This document shows, piece by piece, positions 39,354 to 48,350 of a stretch of DNA of 48,350 nt. The translations under genes were made by a program, and so were the position numbers. The notes under the pieces were generated by a model. It saw only the letters and a list, made by a program, of their open reading frames with translations. It did not search any database and had not been told where the DNA came from. Position 1 is the stretch's first letter. Each line of letters begins with the position of its first letter. Origin of the DNA: Pirellulales bacterium (GTDB lineage Bacteria; Planctomycetota; Planctomycetia; Pirellulales; UBA1268); contig JBJTDZ010000053.1 in NCBI GenBank assembly GCA_046092585.1, positions 1 to 48,350 of the forward strand, given 5' to 3'.

Positions 39354-39599
39354 ATGGCGATGCGTCAACTGCGGGTCTACACGGAACCCGATCTGGATTC
39401 GCGTACCTTCACTGCGGTCGAGGAGTCGACCGACCGTGGCATCCGCGTTACTCTCGGCGAGATCCTGCCGCTCTTGGCCGACGCGGTGGCGAGTAACCGA
39501 ACGTGGCTGTCCGACTTCGCCGACGACGAGATCACGGTCTCGACTGATCTTCACGAGGTGCTGCAGGCCTACCGCCACTTCCGGCGGCCCGGCGCCTGA
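39354..39599 (+). CDS. 81-aa hypothetical protein
   Basis: AAGGGAGAG RBS; natural-looking sequence LRVY...VTLGEILPLLADAV..NRTWLSDFADDEITVSTDLHEVL; hairpin downstream. Confidence 0.75.
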   Translation: MAMRQLRVYTEPDLDSRTFTAVEESTDRGIRVTLGEILPLLADAVASNRTWLSDFADDEITVSTDLHEVLQAYRHFRRPGA

Positions 39600-39663
39600 G
39601 GCCGCGGGCCGCCGCGTTCCGGTAGGGCTTGCATGCCCCATCGGAAGCGCGAGCGGCTCCCTC

Positions 39664-39692
39664 TTGCGAGTGATTACCGGCGCGTCCATAAT
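39664..39692 (+). promoter_or_regulatory. Sigma70-type promoter of the XRE regulator
   Basis: TTGCGA, 17-nt spacer, CATAAT; 11 nt upstream of the ATG at 39704. Confidence 0.5.
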
Positions 39693-39703
39693 CTGGTCAC
39701 GCC

Positions 39704-40321
39704 ATGTCCAGCATCGTGAACCTTGCCGATCTCGGCCGCCGAGTGCGTGCCGCCCGCATCGCCCGCCGCCTCACCCTCGAGGAGGTGGTGGAGCGGGCCA
39801 ACTTCACGGTCAGCTGGCTCTCCAAACTCGAGAACGGCCAACTGACTCCCTCGCTCGAGGGCCTCGTGCGGCTCGCTGAGGTGCTGGAGTGCGGCGTCGA
39901 GCACCTCGTCGGCGGGCTGTCGGTGCCTCCCCGGTTCGTGGTCTCGCGAAAGGGCAGCGGGCGACTCGACAATGGCCGCGGCGGACGGCAGGGGGCCATC
40001 GCCGAGTTCCTGGCCGAGGAATGGCGGGAACGGGCGATGGATCCCACGATCCTGCATCTCGTGGGTGATGGCACCCGTTCCCGGCCGGAAACCCACGACG
40101 GCGAGCGGTTTCTGCACGTGCTCGACGGCACGGTGATGGTTTCCTACGGCGATGACCGGATCGAACTGGCGGCGGGCGACAGCCTCTATCTCGACGCGGC
40201 GGTGCCCCACTCGATCGTGCCGGTCGGCCGCAGCAAGGCGCAGGTGCTCAGCGTCCGCTACGAGTGTCGCTCCACCCGCCCGACGACCACCCCGTCGCGG
40301 CGGCGGCCGTCGAAGGCCTGA
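39704..40321 (+). CDS. XRE-family HTH transcriptional regulator with a C-terminal cupin
   Basis: LGRRVRAARIARRLTLEEV...LSKLENGQLTPSL HTH; cupin HDGERFLHVLDG...GDSLYLDAAVPH. Confidence 0.93.
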   Translation: MSSIVNLADLGRRVRAARIARRLTLEEVVERANFTVSWLSKLENGQLTPSLEGLVRLAEVLECGVEHLVGGLSVPPRFVVSRKGSGRLDNGRGGRQGAIAEFLAEEWRERAMDPTILHLVGDGTRSRPETHDGERFLHVLDGTVMVSYGDDRIELAAGDSLYLDAAVPHSIVPVGRSKAQVLSVRYECRSTRPTTTPSRRRPSKA

Positions 40322-40340
40322 CGGCCCGCTCGCCTACCGT

Positions 40341-40539
40341 CTCTGGTTTGCCACGTCGCCGCGCCACATAACCGCGATACGCTCTCTCGCGCGTTCGAGA
40401 TACGTGTATCGCCGGCTCGGGGGTGGCAAAAGTCCGTCGCCGGGGCGAGGATACGCCCAAGGCTCCTCGAGCGTTCGCCGACCCCCTCGCCGACCCCCTC
40501 TGGATTGCCACGTCGCCACGCGACATAACCGAGATGCGC
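40341..40539. repeat. Intergenic direct/inverted/direct repeat cluster with a 42-bp unit (BIME-like)
   Basis: 40341-40382 and 40498-40539 match at 37/42 nt; partial inverted copy at 40404-40430; TCGCCGACCCCC tandem at 40475-40498. Confidence 0.8.
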
Positions 40540-40540
40540 C

Positions 40541-41089
40541 CTAGCCGTCCGTGGGCGCAGACGGTGTCGGCAGGATCAGCTGCCAGAACTCGAGGTCGAG
40601 CCAGCGACCGAACTTGAACCCGGCCTCGCGGACGGTGCCGCAGCAGCGAAACCCGAGCGAACTGTGGAGTGCCACGCTCGCCACGTTCGTGGCGTCGATG
40701 CCCGCCACGAGCATGTGGATGTCCTTCGTCGTGGCGGCGGCGATGATCGCCTGGAGCAGTTGCCGGCCGACCCCCTCGCCCCGGAAGCGTTCGTCCACGT
40801 AGACGGAGTGCTCGATCGAATACTTGTAGGCCGCCCGCGGCCGAAACGGACCCCAGGTCGTGAATCCGGCCAGCACGCCCGGCTCCCACTCGATCCCGAG
40901 CACCGGGATGCCGGCCTGCTCCCGGTCGGCGAACCACTGCCGCATCACCTCCTCGGTCCGCGGGGCGTACTCGTAGAGGGCGGTGGTCGTGAGGATCGCC
41001 TCGTTGTAGATCGCCCGGATCGCCGGAAGGTGGGCGGCGGTGCAGGCGATCACCGCGCGGCGGGGCACGGCGGGCTTCTTACGTGGCAT
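40541..41089 (-). CDS. GNAT N-acetyltransferase (MnaT/YncA/phosphinothricin acetyltransferase-like)
   Basis: IYNEAI, EHSVYV...RGEGVG, NVASVALH and GFKFGRWLD motifs. Confidence 0.9.
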   Translation of the reverse strand: MPRKKPAVPRRAVIACTAAHLPAIRAIYNEAILTTTALYEYAPRTEEVMRQWFADREQAGIPVLGIEWEPGVLAGFTTWGPFRPRAAYKYSIEHSVYVDERFRGEGVGRQLLQAIIAAATTKDIHMLVAGIDATNVASVALHSSLGFRCCGTVREAGFKFGRWLDLEFWQLILPTPSAPTDG

Positions 41090-42833
41090 CGGCAGCGCGA
41101 GAGCGGGGCGGCGGGGTGAGCAGCGACACCACGACGAGGACGACGAACCCCAGGGGGATCGTCACCAGACCGGGCTGGCTGAATGGGGTGAGAGCCTGCT
41201 CGCGGGGCAGCCCGTAGACCTTCTCGAACGTGTCGGCCGACAGCAGGATCCACGCAAGCGAGGAAAGCATACCCGCCGTCACCGCCGCGACGATCCCCTG
41301 CCTGGTCGTCCGCGGCCAAAAGAGGAGCATCACGAGAGCCGGCAGGTTGGCGCTGGCGGCGATGTTGAAGGCCCAGCCCACCAGGAAACTGACGTTGAAG
41401 GTTCGGAACAGGATCCCGAGGGCCATCGCCACGATCCCCAGGCCGATCGCCGCCAGTTTGCCGACACGGATCTTCTCGCGGTCGGTCATCCGCAGCCCGA
41501 ACACGTTTTCCACGAGGTCGTGGGCGACCGCCCCGCTACCCGCCATGATCAGGCCACTCACCGTGCCCAGCACGGTCGTGAAGGCGATCGCCGAGATCAC
41601 GGCGAACAACGTGTCGCTGAACGTCTTGGCCAGGAGCGGGGCCGCCATGTTGGTGTCGGTGGGGTCGAGGGCGCCCGACGTCATCGCCCCGAGGCCGAGA
41701 AACAACGTCAGCACGTAGAACACGCCGATCGCCGCGATCCCGACGACGGTGCTCTTCCTCGCGGCCGCGGCGTCCTTCACCGTGTAGTACCGGATCAGGA
41801 TATGGGGCAGCGACGCCGTGCCGCAGAAGAGGGCGAGCATCAGGCTCGCAAAGTCGAGCCGGTCGGCGAGTTTTCCCGTGGCGAGACCCTTGAACGAGCC
41901 GCCGGGCCTGAGCAGGTCGGCGCCCTGCTTTTCCACGGGAGAAAAGGTCGTGTGCGTCCCGTCGGCATCGGCATGCTTCTTCGGCGCCCAGGTAACGATC
42001 GTGGAGTCTTCGAGGGCGGCGAGGTAGGCCAGGGGACCGAGCGGGCCGGTCGCGCGGGCGTCGCCATACCGTTCCGGCAGCCGGAGGATCGTGCCGACCG
42101 GCCGAAGGTCGTGATCCTTCGACTGGGGATGGCCGTCCACGAGTTTCGTGCCGTCGGGCTTCACGGTGAGGACCTGCGACGCAAGGTTCTCCGGGCCCTC
42201 GCGTCCGGCGTTCACCGCCAACCCGCGGCCGAGGATCAGCACGGTGAGCACGCCACAGAAGAAGACGAGAAGCGATCCCTTGATGAACTGCACCCACGTG
42301 GTCGACACCATGCCGGCCGTCACCACGATGAGCGTCACCGTCACGCCCACGAGGATCACCCCCGCCTCGTGCGGCAACCCCAGGAGCGGCCTGATCAGCG
42401 ACCCCGCGCCCACCATCTGCGGGATGAGGTAGAAGATGCTCACCACGAGGGTCGAGACGGCCACGGCGAGCTTGATGCCGCGGCTGTTGAACCGGCTGTC
42501 GAGGGCGTCGGCGAATGTGAACGTCCCCAGGGCCTTGATCGGCTCGGCAATCACGAACAGCGCCACGATCCAGCCGGCCAGGAAGCCGATCGAGTAGAGG
42601 AAGCCGTCGTAGCCCGAGAAGGCGATCATGCCGCAGATGCCCAGGAACGACGCCGCGGAGAGATAGTCGCCGGCGAAGGCGATCCCGTTGACGAACCAGT
42701 GGATCTGGCCATGGGCGGCGTAGTAGCCGCTGGCCGACTGCCCCTTGCGGCCGAGCCAGAACGACAGCCCGAGCACCCCGAGCACGAACGCGGCGAAGAT
42801 CGCGACGGCGACGAGCGAGGTCTGGTGGATCAT
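41079..42833 (-). CDS. actP: Cation/acetate symporter (sodium:solute symporter family)
   Basis: NGIAFAGDYLSAASFLG, YLIPQMVGAG, TTWVQFIKG, GTASLPHILIRYYTV and AASANLP; paired with DUF485. Confidence 0.88.
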   Translation of the reverse strand: MIHQTSLVAVAIFAAFVLGVLGLSFWLGRKGQSASGYYAAHGQIHWFVNGIAFAGDYLSAASFLGICGMIAFSGYDGFLYSIGFLAGWIVALFVIAEPIKALGTFTFADALDSRFNSRGIKLAVAVSTLVVSIFYLIPQMVGAGSLIRPLLGLPHEAGVILVGVTVTLIVVTAGMVSTTWVQFIKGSLLVFFCGVLTVLILGRGLAVNAGREGPENLASQVLTVKPDGTKLVDGHPQSKDHDLRPVGTILRLPERYGDARATGPLGPLAYLAALEDSTIVTWAPKKHADADGTHTTFSPVEKQGADLLRPGGSFKGLATGKLADRLDFASLMLALFCGTASLPHILIRYYTVKDAAAARKSTVVGIAAIGVFYVLTLFLGLGAMTSGALDPTDTNMAAPLLAKTFSDTLFAVISAIAFTTVLGTVSGLIMAGSGAVAHDLVENVFGLRMTDREKIRVGKLAAIGLGIVAMALGILFRTFNVSFLVGWAFNIAASANLPALVMLLFWPRTTRQGIVAAVTAGMLSSLAWILLSADTFEKVYGLPREQALTPFSQPGLVTIPLGFVVLVVVSLLTPPPRSRAADAT

Positions 42834-43093
42834 GCCCGCGGCTCCTGCCGACGGCCCGCCCGCAGCAGCATGTAGACCACGGCGAGGACGAAGGCCGCGC
42901 CGATCAGCCCCATGCCGTAGAGGATCGCCAGGTTCACGCCGCCGAACGGTCGCAGCGAGAGCAGGTCTGGCCGCACGAGCACCAGCGCCATGAAGCCGCC
43001 GTAGAGGGCGACGTAGATCCAAAACAGGACGAGCCCGGAGCGGCTCGCCGCAGTGCCGTCGTCCGGCTGCCGAGGATCGCGTTCCGCCGCCAT
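42830..43093 (-). CDS. DUF485 (YjcH-like) small membrane protein
   Basis: Two TM helices and GGVNLAILYG; overlaps the actP start, as in the usual yjcH-actP pairing. Confidence 0.85.
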   Translation of the reverse strand: MAAERDPRQPDDGTAASRSGLVLFWIYVALYGGFMALVLVRPDLLSLRPFGGVNLAILYGMGLIGAAFVLAVVYMLLRAGRRQEPRA

Positions 43094-43224
43094 GGTGCCC
43101 CCTTCGCCGAGCATGACCGCCAACCGGGTGGGCCGGCAGCCGTCAAAGGATACATCGTCGGCGGGCCGGCGCGCCGCCGCGGCGTCTGGTTCGCGAACCG
43201 CCGCACACGCGGTGCGGCACCGCT

Positions 43225-44304
43225 TCACGGAGTCTCGATCTCGGCAACGACCTTCGCATACGCGGCGGCGCGATCCTCGGGCTTCATGCTGCGGAGTTCG
43301 AGGAGCATCGGCCGCAGGCCCACGGCCCAGGCCGCGTCCTTCGCGATCTTGGCGTCGGCCTTTGCCCGCAGCGCGTCGGCGTCAGCCTGCGTCGCCGCGG
43401 CGGCCGCCGCGACCACGCTCCGCAGGTACTCCGCGGCCTGAACCTCAGGGTTCGGCGCCGCCGGCGCGTCGAACCGGCCCAGTGCCCAGGCGATCCCCTC
43501 GGCCATGTGCTTCTGGAACATCGGCTCCTTCCAGGTGGCGTCGTTGTGGCCGAAGTTGGTGGAGAACACCCGCCCCTTTCCATACTCGCGAACCCACGCC
43601 ACCGGCACGTGCCACGGCTCCCTGGGGCTGCTCGCCTGCATGTCGAGGCTCACGAGCACGCGGAGGTTCTCGGGCTTGTAGCGAAGATCGTACTGGTAGA
43701 TCTCGTCCTTCCAGCGGAACCGCTCGGGAAACATCCCCACCACGCGATGCCCGGGCTCGTGCACCACGAAGGCGTGCTCGCCGCCGGCGCCCCAGGGATG
43801 GCCGGCGAAGTGGCCGCCGATCATCTCGCAGTAGGCGTCGGAACTCTTGAAGGTGTCGGTCGCGGCATGGAAGCCGATGAAAGCCCGGCCCGACCTGATC
43901 CAGTCGAGGAACGCGGCGAGGTCGGGCACCGGGAGTTCGCCCGTCGTGCTCAGGAAGATCACGCCGTCGAAGTCGCGCAGGGCATCGGCCGAGAACACCC
44001 TGGCGAACTCGGCCTTCAGTCCTGCCTGCCGCGCCTCGTCCTCGCTGCGAAACTGCTCCTGCTGGGCCGCGGGCTGCGGCTGACCCTCCGGCGGCATCCG
44101 CAGGTGGTCGCAGTGAAAGAGCCCGGTGGTGCGGCCGAGTTCCTCGAGCACCGGTTCTGCGGTGCCGATCGAGGCATGACGGAACCCCGCGGTCACGCTC
44201 ACCACGAGCAGCCGCGCCGGCTTCTGGGGCTCGGCACCCGCCACGTGCCATCCATGCGCGGCCACGGCCAGAAACGCCACCACGGGAAACCGGCTGATTC
44301 GCAT
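43225..44304 (-). CDS. Secreted ThuA-like domain protein
   Basis: Signal peptide; TAGFRHASI, GFHAATDT, GGHFAGHPW, DEIY and GKGRVFSTNFGH. Confidence 0.88.
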   Translation of the reverse strand: MRISRFPVVAFLAVAAHGWHVAGAEPQKPARLLVVSVTAGFRHASIGTAEPVLEELGRTTGLFHCDHLRMPPEGQPQPAAQQEQFRSEDEARQAGLKAEFARVFSADALRDFDGVIFLSTTGELPVPDLAAFLDWIRSGRAFIGFHAATDTFKSSDAYCEMIGGHFAGHPWGAGGEHAFVVHEPGHRVVGMFPERFRWKDEIYQYDLRYKPENLRVLVSLDMQASSPREPWHVPVAWVREYGKGRVFSTNFGHNDATWKEPMFQKHMAEGIAWALGRFDAPAAPNPEVQAAEYLRSVVAAAAAATQADADALRAKADAKIAKDAAWAVGLRPMLLELRSMKPEDRAAAYAKVVAEIETP

Positions 44305-45596
44305 CACTTCGCTCCGATGCACCACAGGGAATCGTGCGTCCGCAGCAGCATCCGCCCGTCCACACAGACGGGAGTCGCCACGGTCATCTCCTCGAGGCTG
44401 CCGCCGCCGAGCACGGCGACCTCGGCGTCAGCCGCGGCCCCGGGCCACGCCATCACGCTGGCCGCGCCGTCCTCACGGACGACGATCACGCGGCCATCGA
44501 CGATTACGGGCGAGGCGGTGTAGGCGTTGCGGTTCTTGGGCAGTTCCTTCCGCCACGCTGTCTTCCCGCTGGCGGCATCGAGTCCCTCGACCACCCCTTT
44601 GTCGGTGCAGACCACGAGCCGGCCATCGCGCACGGCGGGCGTCGGCACGTCGGCACCGATGTCCTTCCTTGTCCATGCCACGTGGCTTTCCGTCACGTCG
44701 CCCGCGCCGCCGCGGCGGATCGCCGTGAGCGTGCCACCGCGGGCATAGGGGGCGATCACCAAGTCGCCGGCGAGCACGGGGGAGGCGATCGAGCGGAAAA
44801 ATCCATTGGCCTCGGGATTCAGGCCGCCCACCCGCCAGAGTTCCCTGCCGTCCGCACCGTCGTGGGCCGTGACGTGATCGGCCCCGAGCACGAAGACCAC
44901 CTCGGCCGGCTCACCCTTCGCGGGATCGCCCGGGGCCACGACCGGCGTGGAATAACTCTGCGCCGCTTCCGATGGCGCCGCAACGTCGCGATCCCGCTTC
45001 CAGAGCAGGTCGCCCGTGGTGCGGTCGAAGGCGGCGAGATACGACGGCCCTGTCTGCATCACCGCGATCACCACGGCTTTCGACGTCAGCACAGGCGACG
45101 TGCCGAGATCCCACCAGAGCGTGTCTTCGCCGAATCGCTGCTGCAGGTTCGTCTGCCACCGCTCCGCACCACTGGCCAGGTCGAGGCACGCGAGTTCGCC
45201 GCTCTTGAAGTAGACCCAGACACGCTCGCCGTCGGTCACGGGCGACGGGTTCGCCCCGGTCGCCTTCTTGTGTTTGCCGTCGCGAGCGTCGCCGAGCGTC
45301 TTCCGCCAGCGCTCCTGGCCGGCGCGGTCGAGACAGATCACCGCATCCTTGCCGTCGATCGTGCAGGTGACGACCACCCGGTCGTCCCAGACGGCCGGCG
45401 TGCTCGCGCCCAATCCCGGCAGCGCGACCTTCCAGAGGACGTTCTTGTCCGCCCCCCACTCCGCCACGTAGCCGGTGCCTGCTGCCGCACCGTCGAACGC
45501 GGGTCCGCGCCAGTTGGGCCAGTTGTCGCCGCGAACACCCTGGCACCAGGCCAGCGGGGCGACGATCGCCAGAATGACCGCCGCTCTCATGATCAT
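44304..45596 (-). CDS. Secreted PQQ-like beta-propeller repeat protein (BamB-like planctomycete family)
   Basis: [22 protein letters not shown], repeated SPV/TPV...W motifs and [11 protein letters not shown]; start at 45596 or 45590. Confidence 0.9.
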   Translation of the reverse strand: MIMRAAVILAIVAPLAWCQGVRGDNWPNWRGPAFDGAAAGTGYVAEWGADKNVLWKVALPGLGASTPAVWDDRVVVTCTIDGKDAVICLDRAGQERWRKTLGDARDGKHKKATGANPSPVTDGERVWVYFKSGELACLDLASGAERWQTNLQQRFGEDTLWWDLGTSPVLTSKAVVIAVMQTGPSYLAAFDRTTGDLLWKRDRDVAAPSEAAQSYSTPVVAPGDPAKGEPAEVVFVLGADHVTAHDGADGRELWRVGGLNPEANGFFRSIASPVLAGDLVIAPYARGGTLTAIRRGGAGDVTESHVAWTRKDIGADVPTPAVRDGRLVVCTDKGVVEGLDAASGKTAWRKELPKNRNAYTASPVIVDGRVIVVREDGAASVMAWPGAAADAEVAVLGGGSLEEMTVATPVCVDGRMLLRTHDSLWCIGAK

Positions 45597-45708
45597 GCCA
45601 CTGCCTTCCTGTCGGAACCCCTCGACAGTATACCCGCCCGCCTTGCGAACCAGCTGGGTGGCGTGTCGAATACGCCCGCGTTTCGTACCCCGCCCCGGAG
45701 CCCCATCC

Positions 45709-46914
45709 ATGGCCAAGAAGTCCGTCGCCGCCCTCGACCCCGCCGGCAAGACCGTCCTCGTCCGCGTCGACTTCAACGTCCCGCAGGACGACACCGGATC
45801 GATCACCGACGACCGGCGGATCCGCATGGCACTCCCCACGATCAGGTCAATCGTCGACCGCGGCGGCAAGGCGGTGCTGATGTCGCACCTCGGCCGCCCC
45901 GCTGGCAAGGGTTTCGAGGCGACGTTCTCCCTGGCGCCGGTGGCGAAGCGGCTCGGGGAGCTGCTCGGCAAGCCCGTCGCGCTCGCCGCCGACACCGGCG
46001 GTGCCGACTCCCACACCAAGGCGAAGACGCTGCCGGCCGGTGGCGTGCTGGTGCTCGAGAATGTCCGCTTCAACAGGGGAGAAAAGAAAGGGGACGACGC
46101 GGCGTACGTCGCTGGCCTGGCATCCCTCGCCGACGCCTACGTCAACGACGCCTTCGGCACCTGCCACCGCACGGAGGCGAGCATGCACGCGGTGCCCGTG
46201 GCGATGAAGGCGGCGGGCAGGCCAGCCGTGGTCGGCTTTCTCGTCGAAAAGGAGATCCAGTACCTCGCCGACGCGATCGCCCGCCCGAAGCGTCCCTTCG
46301 TGGCGATCCTCGGCGGCAAAAAGGTGTCGGACAAGATCGCGGTGATCACGAACCTGCTCTCCATCTGCGATCACGTGCTCATCGGCGGGGCGATGGCCTA
46401 CACGTTCTCTCTGGCACAGGGTGGAAAGATCGGGAAATCGCTCGTCGAGACCGACAAGGTCGCGCTCGCAAAGGAGCTGCTCGCCACGGGGGCCGGCAAA
46501 CTCGCCCTCCCGGTCGACACCCACTGTGCCGACGATTTCTCCTCCACCGCGAACAAGCGGGTGGTGAGGGCCGGCGACATTCCCGACGGCTTCGAAGGGC
46601 TCGACATCGGCCCCGAGACGGCGAAGCAGTATGCCGCGATCATCCGCTCGGCAGGCACGGTCGTCTGGAACGGACCCATGGGCGTGTTCGAACTGCCTCC
46701 GTTCGACGCGGGCACGAAGGCGGTGGCCGACGCGGTCGCCGCAGCCACGGCGAACGGGGCCGTCACGATCATCGGGGGTGGCGACTCCGCCGCCGCCGTG
46801 GAACAACTCGGCTACGCCGACCGAGTCAGCCACGTCTCCACCGGCGGCGGGGCGTCGCTGGAGATGCTCGAAGGCAAGGCCTTCGAGACCGTGGCCGTGC
46901 TCGACGATGCCTGA
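45709..46914 (+). CDS. pgk: Phosphoglycerate kinase
   Basis: [42 protein letters not shown] and STGGGASLE. Confidence 0.98.
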   Translation: MAKKSVAALDPAGKTVLVRVDFNVPQDDTGSITDDRRIRMALPTIRSIVDRGGKAVLMSHLGRPAGKGFEATFSLAPVAKRLGELLGKPVALAADTGGADSHTKAKTLPAGGVLVLENVRFNRGEKKGDDAAYVAGLASLADAYVNDAFGTCHRTEASMHAVPVAMKAAGRPAVVGFLVEKEIQYLADAIARPKRPFVAILGGKKVSDKIAVITNLLSICDHVLIGGAMAYTFSLAQGGKIGKSLVETDKVALAKELLATGAGKLALPVDTHCADDFSSTANKRVVRAGDIPDGFEGLDIGPETAKQYAAIIRSAGTVVWNGPMGVFELPPFDAGTKAVADAVAAATANGAVTIIGGGDSAAAVEQLGYADRVSHVSTGGGASLEMLEGKAFETVAVLDDA

Positions 46915-46920
46915 GTCGGC

Positions 46921-48141
46921 TCACATGCCGGCGGTGTCACGGCTGGCCGGAGCAGGGGCCCGCCGCGCGGCGAGTCGCTGGCCAGCACGAACGGCGTAGT
47001 CACGATCATGGTCGCTGAGGGCCTCGAGCCGCACCTCGAGTGCACGCCCGGGGGCGACGATCACGCACGTGCCGTCGTCGCGGATGTCGAGGAGCACGCC
47101 CGTCACCGCGAACGAGCCGGAGTTGTCGATCCAGCGGCGGACGGGCTCGCCGGCCCGCTTCGCCGAGTCGAACAGGTCGTCGCCGGAGGCGGGCGCGGCT
47201 GCGTCGCCCTCCGACTCCGTCTCCGACTCCGCGGGCTCTTCAGCCGCAGCGTCCATCGGCTCTTCAGTGCTGCCGGCAGCCGGTTCTTCGACGGGGGCCT
47301 CACCGGCCTCGGGCTCCTGCGGCTCCGGCTCACCGGCCTCGGTGGCGGCCTCCGGTTCGGCATCGTCGACATCAGTCGCCGGCATCGGCGCGGCGGCGCC
47401 CTCCTCCGCCTCGTCGAACAGGTTTGGCTCCTCGGGCTCGACCGGGGGAGCGGGAGTCGCCTCCTCGGTGGGCTCAACCGGCTCCGCCGCTGCGGGACCC
47501 GGTTCCTCCGGCTCGGCGACCGGTTGCTCGGGCGTCTCGGCCTCCGCCGGCGTTGCTTCCGGCATCTCGTCTTCCGGCATCTCGTCTTCGGCCGCCTCGT
47601 CATCCTGCGCGGCAGGCTCCGCTTCCGTGCCGGGCTCCGCGGGCACCGACCCGGCCGCAGGCTCTTCCACCATCGGGGGCTCTTCTGCGGCAGGCTCCGC
47701 AGCCGGTTCGGCCACCGCGCTTGCCTGCTGCACCGGTTCCGTCGGCGACACTGGCGGCGGCGGCTCGGCGGGTGCCGCCGGTGTGGTCACGGCCGGCGGG
47801 GCGGCGGTGGGCTCGCTCGCCCGAGCCGGCGGCGGAGCCACCGGCTCGGCGATCGGCGCGGCGGCGTCCGGACGACTGCCGTGTCCGGCCTCCGGGGATG
47901 CGACGGCCGACGGCACATCCACCACCTCCCAGCCCGGGCAGCACTCCGACTCCACAACGGCGGCACATGCCGGCGGCGTAGCCGGCATGCACACGACTGC
48001 GTCGCTCGTCATACCGCAGCCGCGCGGCTGACACGCGCGAGGCCGACACGCCTGACGGAGATACCAGCAGCCCCGCGCCGCGTCGGTCGACAGCGAAAGC
48101 GTCAGCAGGCCAACCAACACCGCATGCAGAACACGGGGCAC
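46921..48141 (-). CDS. Secreted protein with a Cys-rich N-terminus, a long Glu/Pro/Ala-rich linker and a C-terminal SHD1 domain
   Basis: Signal-like LHAVLVGLLTLSLSTDAARG; C-terminal RRWIDNSGSFAVTG...VRLEALSDHDRDY matches the SHD1 pattern; GTG start inferred. Confidence 0.75.
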   Translation of the reverse strand: MPRVLHAVLVGLLTLSLSTDAARGCWYLRQACRPRACQPRGCGMTSDAVVCMPATPPACAAVVESECCPGWEVVDVPSAVASPEAGHGSRPDAAAPIAEPVAPPPARASEPTAAPPAVTTPAAPAEPPPPVSPTEPVQQASAVAEPAAEPAAEEPPMVEEPAAGSVPAEPGTEAEPAAQDDEAAEDEMPEDEMPEATPAEAETPEQPVAEPEEPGPAAAEPVEPTEEATPAPPVEPEEPNLFDEAEEGAAAPMPATDVDDAEPEAATEAGEPEPQEPEAGEAPVEEPAAGSTEEPMDAAAEEPAESETESEGDAAAPASGDDLFDSAKRAGEPVRRWIDNSGSFAVTGVLLDIRDDGTCVIVAPGRALEVRLEALSDHDRDYAVRAGQRLAARRAPAPASRDTAGM

Positions 48142-48350
48142 GAGACACCTCGGCGGACGGAGACCACGGGAACTCTCTCCGTATGCTAATCCGGCCGCCG
48201 ACCCGTTCAAACTCGCCCGGCCGGGGCACCAACCCAGGAAAACGACCGGGGCCGGCCAGGCGGCTGGCCAGCCCGCCCCACCTGGATAGAAACCCCCAGG
48301 CGCCAGCGAACCGGGGTGAGCCCAGCCAAACAGGCGCCGCACAAGGCCGC

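Noticed and set aside
40341-40539. Possible mini-CRISPR array
   Set aside because: Only two imperfect 42-bp copies, a 115-bp spacer that itself contains an inverted copy, and no cas genes.
48200-48350. CAGG/CAGCC-rich stretch at the window end, possibly a third phased array
   Set aside because: Spacing is irregular and the downstream context lies outside the window, so it cannot be supported.

Overview
Very GC-rich bacterial chromosomal window, almost certainly from a planctomycete (Planctomycetia). The evidence is a set of lineage-typical genes: a DUF1549/DUF1553 cytochrome protein paired with DUF1501, a DUF1559 prepilin-like protein, a YTV-repeat protein, an LEPRxxLA export motif and an SHD1 protein. 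Most genes are housekeeping or metabolic (sucC/sucD, lutABC, bioF, mobA, patB-like, pepP, uxaE, apt, mnmA, floA, actP, pgk, a sigma-70 factor). I found no rRNA, tRNA, CRISPR array or intact transposase. Main points of interest: (1) a 2.8-kb disarmed defence islet (24797-27591), made of a type IIG restriction-modification gene lacking its nuclease core and target-recognition domain, then an apparently intact abiF-like structured RNA whose Abi toxin gene is deleted down to its C-terminal ~80 codons; (2) a secreted YTV protein whose 14-residue repeats are mirror-arranged around a central turn, suggesting one giant beta-hairpin with a Cys-rich strand; (3) two promoter regions with ~9-bp-phased CAGnC-like arrays ending in a sigma28-like GCCGATA box; (4) a recurring leaderless-mRNA signature; (5) a secreted alpha/beta-hydrolase lacking its catalytic residues; (6) a Balon-like baeRF3 protein; (7) several unexplained intergenic repeats. 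All family calls come from recognising motifs by eye; no database search was run.
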